A stretch of DNA of 64,000 nucleotides. It comes from Blastocystis sp. Blastoise (Eukaryota > Protista > Bigyra: Opalinata). Location of the stretch: the NCBI GenBank assembly GCA_039096225.1, contig JBBPEB010000019.1, positions 1 through 64,000 of the forward strand. Reading direction: 5' to 3'. How positions within the stretch are numbered: the first letter of the stretch is position 1; every line of letters starts with the position of its first letter. A program made the translations under genes and the position numbers. Below, in pieces: positions 28,796 to 41,279 of this stretch. The notes below the pieces were generated by a model. That model was given only the letters and a program-made list of their open reading frames with translations. It did not search any database and had not been told where the DNA came from.

Positions 28796-30126
28796 TTTTA
28801 TTTATTTATTTATTATATATATATAGGCTGATGATCTTTTATTTGTTACTGGAGTTGATTATGTTGTTAAAGTGTATTCTATTAATAAGCCACGTTATTA
28901 TAAGGCTATTGAAGATCACTATTTCACAATGAACCAACAAGTACCTGACTTTGAATATGAATTATTACAATATGTCGGTCATAGCGGTAAAGTTACTGCT
29001 ATTGATAGTAGTAAGGAATTAGGTATTCTTGTTACTGGTAGTGAAGATATATCTTTTTATTATTTTTATTATTTTTATTATTATTATTATTATTTTTATT
29101 ATTATTATTATTATTATTAATCTATTGATTTCCCTTAATTACTCTACTTCTCCGTTCGTTTCTGGCATATTCCTGATGATTTATCTGTAGTTCCTGTGAA
29201 TCGTAATAGAAATGAGATTCCTCAAGAGACTTGTTATCATACCGAAGTCCTTCATCATGGAGCTATCTTTGGCGTTAATATCAGTGATTCTGTTGATGGA
29301 AGTATCTATGTGTCTACTGTAGGCAATGATTATACCATGTTTACTTATAAGATGAACGATGAATATCCTGAACTCTATTGGACCCAACATAATGCACATA
29401 AAGGGTATATAACTTTTTATTATTATTTTTTTTTTACTATTATTATTATTTTTTGTTTTTGTTATTATTTTCTATTCTTATATTTTCTCGAATATTATGT
29501 ATATATATCAATTTGTGTTATATGAATATAGTGTAGTTACTTGTTGTATTTATGGTCATGGTGCTACTTCTCATATTGTATATACAGGTGGTTGGGATAA
29601 TAAAATCAATGCGTGGGATATTAAACAACGTAAATTAATTGTTTCTCTTCAAGTACATACTGCTAGAATCACCGAACTCGATGTCAGCCAAGACGGACAA
29701 TATGTATATTATTATATTTATATTTATTATTATATTTATATTTATTATTATATTTATATTTATTATATTTATTATTAGAATCACCTATAATTTATTATGA
29801 ATTCCTAAATATATATAAATATAAATTTAATTCTATTATTCTATTTGGTTTCAGCCTCTGCTGATCGTTCTATTTTATTATGGAAGATTTCTCCTACCGG
29901 TTGTCAATTACTTAGTAAATATGATTGTCATGAAGTCCCTCTAACTGTGGATTTCTTCCAAAATCAAATTATTGCCGGATATATCGGTGGAGTCATTCGT
30001 TTATGGCCTCTTCCCTCTAAAACCGATGCCTTTACTACCGCTTCTGTTCCGGTAACTGCCTCTACTCCTGTCGAAGAAGAAGAAGAACCAGAAGAAGAAG
30101 TCTATGATGCAGATACTCAACAATAA
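27093..30126 (+). CDS. Large WD40-repeat protein, multi-exon; contains an AT-AC intron
   Basis: Many GH...WD units (FTGSKDSTIKIW, SAGRDSSINIWD, SGARDNSIRAWD, TGSED|FSVRFW, TGGWDNKINAWD, SASADRSILLW); acidic tail. Confidence 0.88.
29049..29147 (+). other. U12-type (minor spliceosome) AT-AC intron
   Basis: 5' ATATCTTT, branch TTTCCCTTAAT at 29129-29139, 3' ...CTAC; removal restores the WD motif GSED-FSVRFW in frame. Confidence 0.85.
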
Positions 30127-30699
30127 ACATTGAAGTGAAAAACGTCCAAAAAAAAACATTCTCTTCTTTTGTTTATTTTAATATATTATAAATATATATA
30201 TTCATTCTTTTTTGTTACTCTATTTACTGGATAGTATCTAGTCTACAATTCTTATATATATATATATATTCTTTTATTCGATTCTACTTGTATTTATTTT
30301 ATCTTTGCTCAGCATTTCTTTATTGCTCAACTCTTCCATTGTCATTCAATTATTTTTTATAATATCCATTTATAAAAATCTATCATTTCTATTTCATTCT
30401 TTTTTATTAATTTTTATTTTAGTTTGTTATACAATTATTATATATACTCATCATCATAAGACATTAAAACAGTAAAGTCAGTCGTTATAACACTACAAAA
30501 TAAATCTAAAGTGCTTTTCAAATTTTTTTTTTAATACTTCAACTGAAAAACAATTCAACAGATTTCAGTCTTTCATGATTTTTTTTTTTTTTTTTTTTTT
30601 TTTGCATTTTTGAAAAATATAATTTCGTGTATTTCTTATCAAGTACTTCATTATTATTTATTTTTATTCATTTATTTAAATAAGTTTATTTAGGAGAAT

Positions 30700-32740
30700 A
30701 TGATAAAAGTTATAATAAACGACAACAAGCAAATCAAGTCCTATCAACTTGAAGACTCTATGTCATTTGAAGGCTTATCTGAATTAATCAAGGTATTTAT
30801 TTTTATGGCTTAATTATTACAATCATTATAATAGAGTGATATGTCCATTACAAAATCCATTTTTTTTTTTATTGAAGATCAACAAGTAGATCTTTCTAAA
30901 TCGATTTCTTCAGAATTTTCTGGACAAAACAATACTTTAGTTATTAAACAGAAAGAAGAAACTAACGAGACGATATCGTTCACCATTACTTGTCGTGTTG
31001 ATGAAACTTCAGCCAGTAAAACTATATTATCAGGTAATTCTATATTAATTTTGTAGACTAGTTTTCTATTATATTTTTAACTTTTATTTTTTAGATACAC
31101 CAAATCAATTGATAGATAATTCAATTAGTTTTTCTCAAAGTACAAAGAAGAATGGTATTTCTTATATATATACATTAAATGACTTTTTTTTAAATATATA
31201 ATGTATACATTAAATGATCATATTTTTAATATATAATATATATATAATCTATATAGATGATTCAAAATTTAGTTTTGTGAAGGATGATAAAGAGATTGAT
31301 ATTGATTTATTACCAAAAAATGTGAATGAAAAGAATAATTTAGTAAATGAAGATATTATGAATAGTTATGAAGAAGAGAAGAAAAATCATATGCAACAAA
31401 TATCAGATCTCAAAGAATCTTTAAGTTTATTAAATACTGAGAATACATCATTAAAGAATAGAAATGAAGAATTAATAACTGAGTTGTCTCAATTAAAATC
31501 TGAAAAGAATACAATAGAAATGGAGAATGAATGGAATACATCACGAATAAAAGAGTTAGAACAACAAGTAAAAAGTTTAACTCAAAGAAATACGATATCT
31601 AAAGAAGCTATTCAGAATATAAAGAAACAGAAGGAACAATCGAATGACGTTATTGTTTCATTACGAAAGAAGATGACAGAATTAAGTATGCAATATCAAG
31701 CATTATCTACTGCTAATGTTTCTCTTGAAGAACAATTTTTAAAGATGGATTCTCAAATATATATGAAGAAACAAAAAGATACAGAAGCCTTGAATAAGTT
31801 TTATAATATGCCAGTACCTTATGAAGATGAGAATAGTGTTATCTTACAATTAAAGAATGAAAGAGATTCATATTCTAAAGAATTAATAATGTTAAAAGAT
31901 AAATATGATGCTATTACTAATGAGAACAAGAATTTAAATCATGAGAAATCAATTATGATGAATAAGGTTCAATTATTAAATAATGATTCAAAGTATTATA
32001 ATGATACTATTAAAGATTATTGTGATCAAATCCAATCGATGGATGAAGAGAATAAGTTATATATAAAAGAAATAGAACAATTGAAAGAAGACTATGAACT
32101 ATTAAAAGCTTCTAAAGTGGCTATTGAAGAGAAATATAATTCACTTAGCAATGATATGATAGAAACAGAAAAAGTCAATTTAGAAGAAATGAATGTATTA
32201 GAGGAATATAAACAAGATAATCAACAATTATTACAAATAGGTAATTCATTAAAAGAAAAGATTAATATGATTCAACTACAGAAATTAGAGAGTGATCGAG
32301 AATTGAATGAATGTCGTCAACTTTATGAACAATTATTATATACTTGTCAATTATGGAAATATCGATATGCCAATGTTTATGATGATTATGATAAATGTAA
32401 AGATCAAATAAAAGATTACTGTACACAAATCGATTTATTACAACATCAAATAAAAGATATAGAAGATGAGCAAATCAATAACAAGAAGAATAATGAAGAA
32501 TTATTAAGTCAAATCACATTATTAACTGAAGAAAATAACTTATGTGAAGAAGAATTAGATTATGTTAAAGAAGAGAATAAAACATATAAAGATCAATTAC
32601 AAATCGTAGTTGAAGAAGCAGATAGATACAAAAAGAATTATTATATTGTTGTTCAAGCACTAAAGCGTTATGAATCCCCTATTACAGAAAATGATGAACA
32701 AATAACTATCAATAACTCAACTGAACAAGAAGATCAATAA
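30700..32740 (+). CDS. Long coiled-coil protein of unknown function, with short 5' exons
   Basis: ATG 30700 MIKVIINDNK; GT-AG introns; ~490-aa E/K/Q/L heptad-rich last exon. Confidence 0.75.
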
Positions 32741-32880
32741 TATTGTTATAATATGGTTGTAGTATTATTAGTTGTTTCAATATTATAAATATTTTTTTTT
32801 ATATCATAAATATTTTTTTTTTTTACTTTTTTATTTCTATTATAGGGTATGTATATTTATATATCGTTATATTTTTTTTT

Positions 32881-32960
32881 TATTTCGTTATATTATTTTT
32901 TATTTCGTTATATTATTTTTTATTTCGTTATATTATTTTTTATTTCGTTATATTATTTTT
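32881..32960. repeat. 20-bp tandem repeat (TATTTCGTTATATTATTTTT)x4 between convergent 3' ends
   Basis: Directly visible, with partial flanking copies. Confidence 0.9.
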
Positions 32961-33339
32961 TATTTCGTTATATTAATTAAATCTTTTTATTTTAAATATA
33001 TATCTCATTATATTCATTTATATATCATTATATACATTTATATATCATTATATTCATTATCATTCTTCATGTTTTCATTGTTCATACTTGGGTTTTATTA
33101 AAAGAAAACTGTGAAAAGTAAAATAAAATTCTATTTTGTATAGTTACTTTGTCATCATGATATCATACCTATATATAAATATTATAAACTAAACAACATC
33201 TTCTTTTTTTTATTTATTTATAATATAAAAACAAATAACAAAACACTCAATTTAAATCATACCTTATTTATCATAACAAGAATAAAATGCAAAGCTATAA
33301 AAAAATAAAAAGAATCAATAAAAGACAATATATATAGAA

Positions 33340-33882
33340 TTAATTAATAGTAATTTTTTTAGTTTCCATTTCAGTAGTTTTCGTCTTAGGAAGAGAAAGC
33401 TTTAAAACACCATTAGTATAATCAGCTTTAACATTTTCTACATCAACATCAGTCGGAACAGCCATACTTCTCTTATAACTACCGAAATGTCTTTCATAAT
33501 AATGATAATTCTTCTCATCATCATCTTCTTTTTTCTCACCTTTTCTTTCACAACTTAAAGTCAGCACATTATCTTTTAATTCAACATTAATATCATCTTT
33601 TTCCATTCCAGGTAAATCAGCACTTACTTCATAATTATCTTTATTCTCTTTTATATCCATACGACCAAAACCATAGAAAGGATTTATCATACCTTCATGA
33701 TCATCAAAAAGGGTTAATTCATCATGTTTTTCAGAATTCTTACCAGTCTTTGACTTCTTATTACCTTTAGACTTATCAATAGGATTCTCAATCATATGAT
33801 GTCTTAATCTCATAGGACCATAGATAGAAGGGAAGAAATCATCAAAAGGATCATTAAATAAACTATCAAATACAAATGACAT
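33340..33882 (-). CDS. Small heat-shock protein (HSP20/alpha-crystallin), intronless
   Basis: MDIKEN..ADLPGM..DINVE..ERHFGSYKRS..ADYTNGVLKLSLPK. Confidence 0.95.
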   Translation of the reverse strand: MSFVFDSLFNDPFDDFFPSIYGPMRLRHHMIENPIDKSKGNKKSKTGKNSEKHDELTLFDDHEGMINPFYGFGRMDIKENKDNYEVSADLPGMEKDDINVELKDNVLTLSCERKGEKKEDDDEKNYHYYERHFGSYKRSMAVPTDVDVENVKADYTNGVLKLSLPKTKTTEMETKKITIN

Positions 33883-34018
33883 CTTAATTATAAATTGATA
33901 ATAAGAACTTTTTATTAAAACTAAACTTTATGTTTTAAGTACAAATAATTTATGTATAATAAAAGAAACTTAAAATAACAAATCTTCTCACAAAAATATC
34001 TGTTTCATTTCTAAATTA

Positions 34019-34229
34019 TTCTAGAAATTACTGGAAGATTCTTTTTCATAAACCAATTATTCTTTTTGTTTCCATTCAATAGACGAATATCTTCTTTTTG
34101 TTCTTCATTTTGATCCTCCTTAAATAACCGTGACTTTTATTGATATAGTCGCTATCTTGTTCTAATTACCATTGTTCTCGAAACTTCTAGCTTTTTTTCT
34201 TTATTTTTCCTAAAAATTCCAGAACTGTC
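34019..34229. promoter_or_regulatory. Heat-shock elements in a bidirectional sHSP promoter
   Basis: TTCtaGAAatTACtgGAAgaTTC (34019-34041), perfect TTCtcGAAacTTC (34175-34187), TTCctAAAaaTTCcaGAA (34207-34224). Confidence 0.8.
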
Positions 34230-34331
34230 TTTGTTTATTATTTGTTTCTTATTATTGACAAAATTAATTTTAAATTATTAATTTTTTATTAAAAGTTAAT
34301 TAGCGCTTTATATTATAAAATTTCTATTAAA

Positions 34332-35375
34332 ATGAATTCTTTCTTTAATGATTATGATGATCTTTTCTTTAATGCCTATAATAATCATAGACACTTTGAT
34401 GATTTCTTCTGTCCTTCCTATTTTCTAAAGAGTATTATTCCTTATGAAGATGAAGAAAGTGCTAATAATATCGCAAATACGAAATCAAAGCATGTATCAA
34501 AAACAATTCCAATTTCGGGAAGTAAAAAAATAGATATAAATCAAGAAAAGGCGGATGGTAAAGAAAATAAGCCTACTGATACTAAAGTTGAAGATAATCA
34601 ATCTAATGAAAATAAGTCTGAAAATAAGCCTATTAATACTAAAGTTGAAGATAATCAATCTATGGATACTAAAGTTGAAGATAATAAGCATACTGATACT
34701 AAAGTTGAAGATAATCAATCTATGGATACTAAAGTTGAAGATAATAAGCATACTGATACTAAAGTTGAAGATAATCAATCTAGTGAAAATAAGCCTATGG
34801 ATACTAAAGTTGAAGATAGTAAACCTATGGATACTAAAGTTGAAGATACTAAGCCTACTGATACTAAGCCTATTGAACAAAAGAAAGAAGAAAAAAGTCA
34901 AGAAGATGGTGAACAACAAAAGAACCTTAAAGGAGATCAAAAAGTGAATAATGTCAAACATACAAAGAAATCAAGTAAGAGACATAATAATTCATTATTA
35001 ACTAAGAATATTTCAGATAATTATATGATGATAAATCCATTTTCTGGTTTTGGACGATTAGATATTAAGGAATCTAAAAAGAATTATATTGTTACCATAG
35101 ATTTACCTGGTGTTTGTAAAGAAGATATTGATGTAGATTGTGAAGATAAAGTATTAACTATTCAATGTCAACGTGATGATCATACTATTGACAATAATGA
35201 TATGGATTATCGCTATGTAGAAAGATCCTTTGGTTCCTTCAAACGAAATATTCAACTTCCTGATGATGTTAACGAAGATTCAATCATTGCAGAATTAAAT
35301 AATGGTATTTTACATATAATTATTGCTAAATCTGATCCTAAAGAAAAGCAAATGAAGAAAATTAGTGTTAATTAA
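34332..35375 (+). CDS. Small heat-shock protein with inserted repeat linker, intronless
   Basis: C-terminal HSP20 domain (LDIKES..IDLPGV..ERSFGSFKR..NNGILHIIIAK); shares MINPFxGFGRxDIKE with its neighbour. Confidence 0.93.
   Translation: MNSFFNDYDDLFFNAYNNHRHFDDFFCPSYFLKSIIPYEDEESANNIANTKSKHVSKTIPISGSKKIDINQEKADGKENKPTDTKVEDNQSNENKSENKPINTKVEDNQSMDTKVEDNKHTDTKVEDNQSMDTKVEDNKHTDTKVEDNQSSENKPMDTKVEDSKPMDTKVEDTKPTDTKPIEQKKEEKSQEDGEQQKNLKGDQKVNNVKHTKKSSKRHNNSLLTKNISDNYMMINPFSGFGRLDIKESKKNYIVTIDLPGVCKEDIDVDCEDKVLTIQCQRDDHTIDNNDMDYRYVERSFGSFKRNIQLPDDVNEDSIIAELNNGILHIIIAKSDPKEKQMKKISVN
34570..34872 (+). repeat. Coding 30-bp minisatellite (DTKVEDNQSM / DTKVEDNKHT)
   Basis: ACTAAAGTTGAAGAT core repeated eight times in frame. 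Confidence 0.9.
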
Positions 35376-36081
35376 ATATCTTGAATTGTTTTTATTATGT
35401 ATAATTCTACTTTTTTTAATTTGAATCTTTATAAATTTATTTCATTTATTTATACATATTTTTTATATGATAAATGAATTTACTTATTTCTGTCCTTTTA
35501 TTGCATTATTATTGCTTGTTTTCTATTAATTCTAGTTGATTGAACTATATTGTTTAGTTATAACAGTATTTATTTAAGATATAATAAACAGTAATCCAAC
35601 GACTTTGTATTATATAACAATAACAATAAAAAAAAATAAATAATGATCAACTATATTCATAAAATAGATAAATAAATAAAGTATCTATAGAAAAATAAAT
35701 AACAAAAATTTCATAATATACTAAATAATGACCAAAAATATATATGAAACAAATATATTTATTCGACTTTAGAAAATAAATCGATTTTTTAAAGAGTACA
35801 AAAGAAATAATAAAATACAATAACTATTTAAACTAGAAGAGAAAACAAAATGAAACAAAATAAATGAATAAATGAAGTAGAGAAATACTATACATATATC
35901 TACTTCCATTTGATCCAATAGCAAAATATTTAAAAAAAAAGAAAAACTTAATGGATATCAAAAGCAACTATTTTAAATATAAATGTATGAATATAGAATC
36001 TATAAAGTATAATATATATATGTCAATGTAAATACAAGAATTGAAGGAATCAAGTTTAATTGGATTGTTCTCTGTTCTATA

Positions 36082-37695
36082 TCATGATTTCCTTGAAGGC
36101 ATGCAGCAGGCAAAGAGTCCACGTGACCGTTTTGTACGAATTGATTTCTTTGAATTACCAAGTGATATTGCATCAACTAATAGATCATAGAAACATAAGT
36201 AAATAATATATATAATCGGATGATAAGAAATAAAAATAAAACATTAAATATAATATTTATTAGAATAAAATAACAAAAATAAAATTCTTGTTATTTAAAA
36301 ATATATATTATAAACAGTACTGTTTTATTTTTAAATATATAATGAATAATATTTTTTTTATATATATTATAAAATGAATTTTTATTAAACATATAATGAA
36401 TAATATTTTTTATATATATTATAAATGAATTTTTATTAAATATATATAAATAATTGCTTTTTTTTTAATATATTATAAAAAGAATTGTTATTAAATATAC
36501 ATATATAATACTCTTAAAGAAAATAATATTTAACATAAGTTTTGTTATTAAACTATGAATATAATTAGAATACACTATATACCTTTTTCTTTAGTAGTAG
36601 ATTTTCCAGGAAGAGGAGAAGAAGCTCTCGGTAGAGGTATCGATTCTTCTTTAGAAGCAGAAGATGCAGATGCTTCTACGGGAGATAACCGCGGGAATTG
36701 AATCAACATATTTTCACATATGTTTTGAAATACTTGGAATACAGCTAAGAAATATATATATATATATTTATATATTAATATATCTTAATGATAGAAAAGT
36801 AATATATGAAATCTTGATATTAACATATATATACATAGATAATTCGTTGCAGAACATATAAAAAGAGAGATATTAAGAGATTGAAGTGTTTGAGCAATCT
36901 CTTTTCGTCGATTATCATCAATTAAATCGCAATGAGTACCCACAAAGAACAATAGACTACCTATATATATACTAGTTCTTCATGACTAATAATAAGCATA
37001 CTTTTATTGTTAACACGTAACGTCGATAGTTCTATAGAAATAAATTCAATAGAATATCAATAAAAAAAAATACAATTATAAAACAAAATAATACAATACT
37101 TATACAAAATGATCAATTCGTCACTTAAAAAGCAGATAATTTTTTATAAGTTTGATTCAATTAAAATATATACCTTCTTTCCATTGTTCAAAGGACTTTG
37201 TATCGATAAAAGTTGACATATTAAACACAATGCAAACGACATTTGCATCAGATACCATTCCAAAAAACTAATAAACCATGAAAGAGAGACAAGAATAATT
37301 TACCTCTTTATTTGGAACTGGGCAACCTAAATTATTAAGCAATAAAAAAAAACAACAGAAAAATACCTTCAATATCTTGAATAATTGTATAAATTGATTT
37401 ACCACCAATGTCACTATAGAATGGAATCATATTATTTTCAGAATATTTATTGATTTTGAAGAATCATAACAACATACAAGACATAAGGAACAGAGAATGA
37501 GAATTTCGTTGGTGTTGTCTCTTCAATAAAGTTCTTCTCAACCAATTGAAGTAGAAGTGCAGTTTTTCCAGCACCTATAGTTGAATGAATATCACTTTTG
37601 TATTCAAATATGAAAGAAATACACTTACCTTTAGGTCCTGCTAGTGCAATTGTATATGGTTTCTCACTATTCTGATTGTTTGAATTCATTTTCAT
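36082..37695 (-). CDS. Atypical Ras-superfamily small GTPase, multi-exon
   Basis: Spliced P-loop GPKG|AGKT, effector TTPT, DIEG (DxxG), DANVVCIVFN, G4-like FVGTHCD, C-terminus GLFACCMPSRKS-TGA 36082. Confidence 0.7.
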
Positions 37696-38072
37696 AAAAA
37701 TAAGTCTTACAAAAGCACTTTATATATTAAAAAAAGGAAAAAAGTGGAGATAGTATGCCTGGAAATTTTTGAAATAATCAAGAAAATATGTCTGATTTTG
37801 CACTAAGAAGAAGAGTATGGAGAAGAAGTCAGTGATAAACACATTACGAATCAAAACAACGAATGTTTCAGAAGTCAACAGCTTTTCGATTAGAATTCAT
37901 TGGTAGACCTGACGAAAATATTCAGTTCTGAAAAAGTATGGCTTTTTTGTATAAAACAAAACACAAACGAATAAAATATAAGTTAAAAAAGCATAAAAGA
38001 GTACAGTCAATACTATTGTATAACGATATATATCATAATATGTTTACAGTAATTAAGAAAAAAAAATTAAAT

Positions 38073-41000
38073 TTATAAATCCATATCATCAGAATCATCA
38101 CTTAAATCACTTAAGTCACTGCTATCAGATTCTTCTTTAGCAGGTTTCTTACCTTTTTTAGGAGCAGCAGCCTTCTTAGGAGCAGCTTTAGTAGTCTTTT
38201 TAGCAGTAGCTTTAGGAGTTTTCTTTGCTTCTTCTTCTTTTTCATCTTCAGAATCACTAAGAGGAGAAATATCAAAATCACCATCAAGAGCAATAGTACG
38301 ATTCTCTATAATAAAAATTAATTATTTTTAATGAAATTTAATGAAATTTAATGAAATTTAAATGAAATCTAAATGTATATAATATATATAATATAATAAA
38401 AATAAGTATAATGATATAAATTTAAAATAATAATTAAAAAAAAATAATCATAATAAATACTCATGTCTTCTAATTGAGTCTTATATTCAGTAATGGTTTG
38501 TTCAGGATCAGGAAGAGCATATTTAGCGAATTCCATCCAAATAGGTTCTTGTTCTCTACATAATAATACATTACAAGCAGCAAAATGACCAACAGTCATA
38601 TCGAAATCTTTTAATTTACGTTCAACATAACCAGAAACTTCAACCTTTAATAAAGCCTTAGTAATACGATTTAATCTCTTCTTATTACGATCAACTTCAG
38701 CTTCAATCTATATATATAGAAATTAAATAAAAAAATTATATTTAAAAATAAAAAATATAATATATAGAAATAATAATCAATTCAAGAAATATGAGTTATA
38801 ATAATAATTATATATATATATACATCAGTAAGAGCTTGTTTAGCCTTGGATAATTTAGCTCTATTTCCTTTTCTCTTTTGAACATGGATCTCAAACATAG
38901 CAGCATCCTTCTTATGCCAAGAATCAGTATAATCATTCTATAGGATATATATATATAGATAGATATTTGCTATTATAGTATAATATTTTATTTTTGTAAT
39001 AATAATAAATATATAATAATAATAATAAATATATAATAATAATAAAATAATAATAAATATATAATAATAAAATAATAATAATAATAATAAAATAATAATA
39101 AAATAATAATAAAATAATAATAAAATAATAATAAATATATAATAATAATAAAATAATAATATAACATTATATATACAAGATAAGTATATCTTCTTTCAAT
39201 GAGGTCTAATAATCCTTGAGTTTGTTTTAATTGACGTTCCATTTCATAGATAAGTAACTTACCAGCAGTAGTAGGCATAAACTGAATAATCTTATACCAA
39301 TCATTACACATAGTAGCTATATATATAATATTATTATTATTATTATTATTATTTATGAACTATTATATATAAAATAAACTATATTCTATAAATAAATATA
39401 ATATATAATAATCATAAAATATATTATATTATATATATATACATGTATGATCTAAGCTCTTGCAAATAACAGCATTCTTACTATTTAATTCATTAGCAAT
39501 CTTTAAGTTTTCATAATTAATATCTAAACTCTGTTGACTTAAGTTCTTAAAACAATGAGACATCTTCTCAGCTGCTTGACTGTATCCATAAGAACGACTA
39601 ATAACAGTCTTAACGGCACTTAACGTCTTTTCATGAGTCTTTACTAAACGAGTAATCTTTTCTCTGAAGGACTTTAACACAACTTCAATTTCTTCAGGAC
39701 ATTTGATATGATTAAGATAGTTATTATATTCACTATAACCATCATTATCACTGTCTCCCTTGGCCTTCTTCTCAGTAGCACGTTGCTTCTTCTTTTGTCC
39801 ATCAAAGATACCAATAGCCTTCGTGATATCCGAAGGAATGAAGGAAACGACGTTATTCACAAGAGTATCCACAGCTTGTGCTTTCTCCCAATTGATCTTT
39901 TGAGTGGATAAAAACTCAACGACAGTGTTATCCGCACGAATATAAGGAATAGAAAGAAGATTATTAATCCAATGTTCTAAGTCTATATATATAATAATAT
40001 AAATATAATATAAATATATAATAATAAATATATAATAATAAATATATAATAATATATAATAATTATAATAATAAATATATAATAATATAAATATATAATA
40101 ATATAAATATAATATATAATAATAATATAAACATAGCCATACCTTTCATACGTAAATAGACGAAGTTGTTTGATTTATTACCTACAACCTTCTTAGGAGG
40201 CATAGGCTCAATTAATAAACCAGGATAACGAGCAGTGAGAATATTATAAAGTTGATCAAATTCACTGAAACGTCTTCTGACTTCGAATTCTTGTCCCTTC
40301 GTAGATACTTTATAGGTAGTATAAGGTTGGAAACGATTTCCTTCAGTCTTAGGATCATTCACCTATATATATATAGAATATCATTATTATAGATTCATAA
40401 TAAAACATATATATATATATATAACAACATTATTATAGATTCATAATAAAACAAATATATATATATACAACAACATTAAAGTCTTGAGCTAATATTTTAT
40501 CAGCCCATTCTTTATGTTTAGGGAAGAAATCAGGATCTTCAATATATTCATCATCATCTTCTTCTTCTTCTTCACTTTCTTCCTTCTCATTCTCTATATA
40601 AAGTATTATTATTATTATTATATATATAATAATATCATACCATCATCATCATCATCATCACTTAAATCATCATCATCATCACTATCACTATATATATATA
40701 TTATTAATATTAAAAGATTATATATATAATATTTTCTAAAAAAGCATTCCTCTATTAATTACATAAATAATATCTATACCTTTCCATCTTCTTTGATTTC
40801 TTAGGACGAGGAGAACCAGGTCGTTTCTTTTCTGTTTTCTTTTCAGCTTTCTTTTCAGTCTTAGCTTCAACTTTTTTTACTTCCTTTTTAGGAGTTTCTT
40901 CTTTCTTAGCAACTTCCTTTTTAGGAGTTTCTTCTTTCTTAGCAACTTCTTTTTTAGGTTCTTCCTTAACTTCAGGAACTATATACAATAAATTCATATA

Positions 41001-41279
41001 GGATTAACAGAAACTTATAAAAATAAACAAAGAATAATCGAAAATCAGTAAAAATATATATATTTAAAACATATTTATACGCCATTTAAATGACGTATAA
41101 ATGACATAATAATTATAGAATTAATTTAAAACATAATAGAATAAAATACCTTCTTCAACATCGGAAACATCAGAAACTACGTCTTCAACATCAGAGATAT
41201 CAGAGACATCAGAAATACTGATATCAGACATAGTGTCGCTTATATCAGAAACATCAGAAACATCACTTATATCAGACAT
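38073..41279 (-). CDS. Sorting nexin with PX + BAR domains (SNX-BAR/Vps5-like), acidic low-complexity termini
   Basis: PX motifs YTTYKV, VRRRFSEFDQL, RYPGLLIEPMPPKK, helical BAR-like region; ATG 41279 preceded by a likely 5'UTR intron (41294-41361, GTAAGT...TTTTAG); ends SDDMDL-TAA. Confidence 0.85.

Noticed and set aside
32881-34872. CRISPR-like arrays or transposons from the tandem repeats
   Set aside because: No unique spacers, cas genes, transposase/RT ORFs or terminal inverted repeats; these are simple minisatellites in a eukaryotic context.
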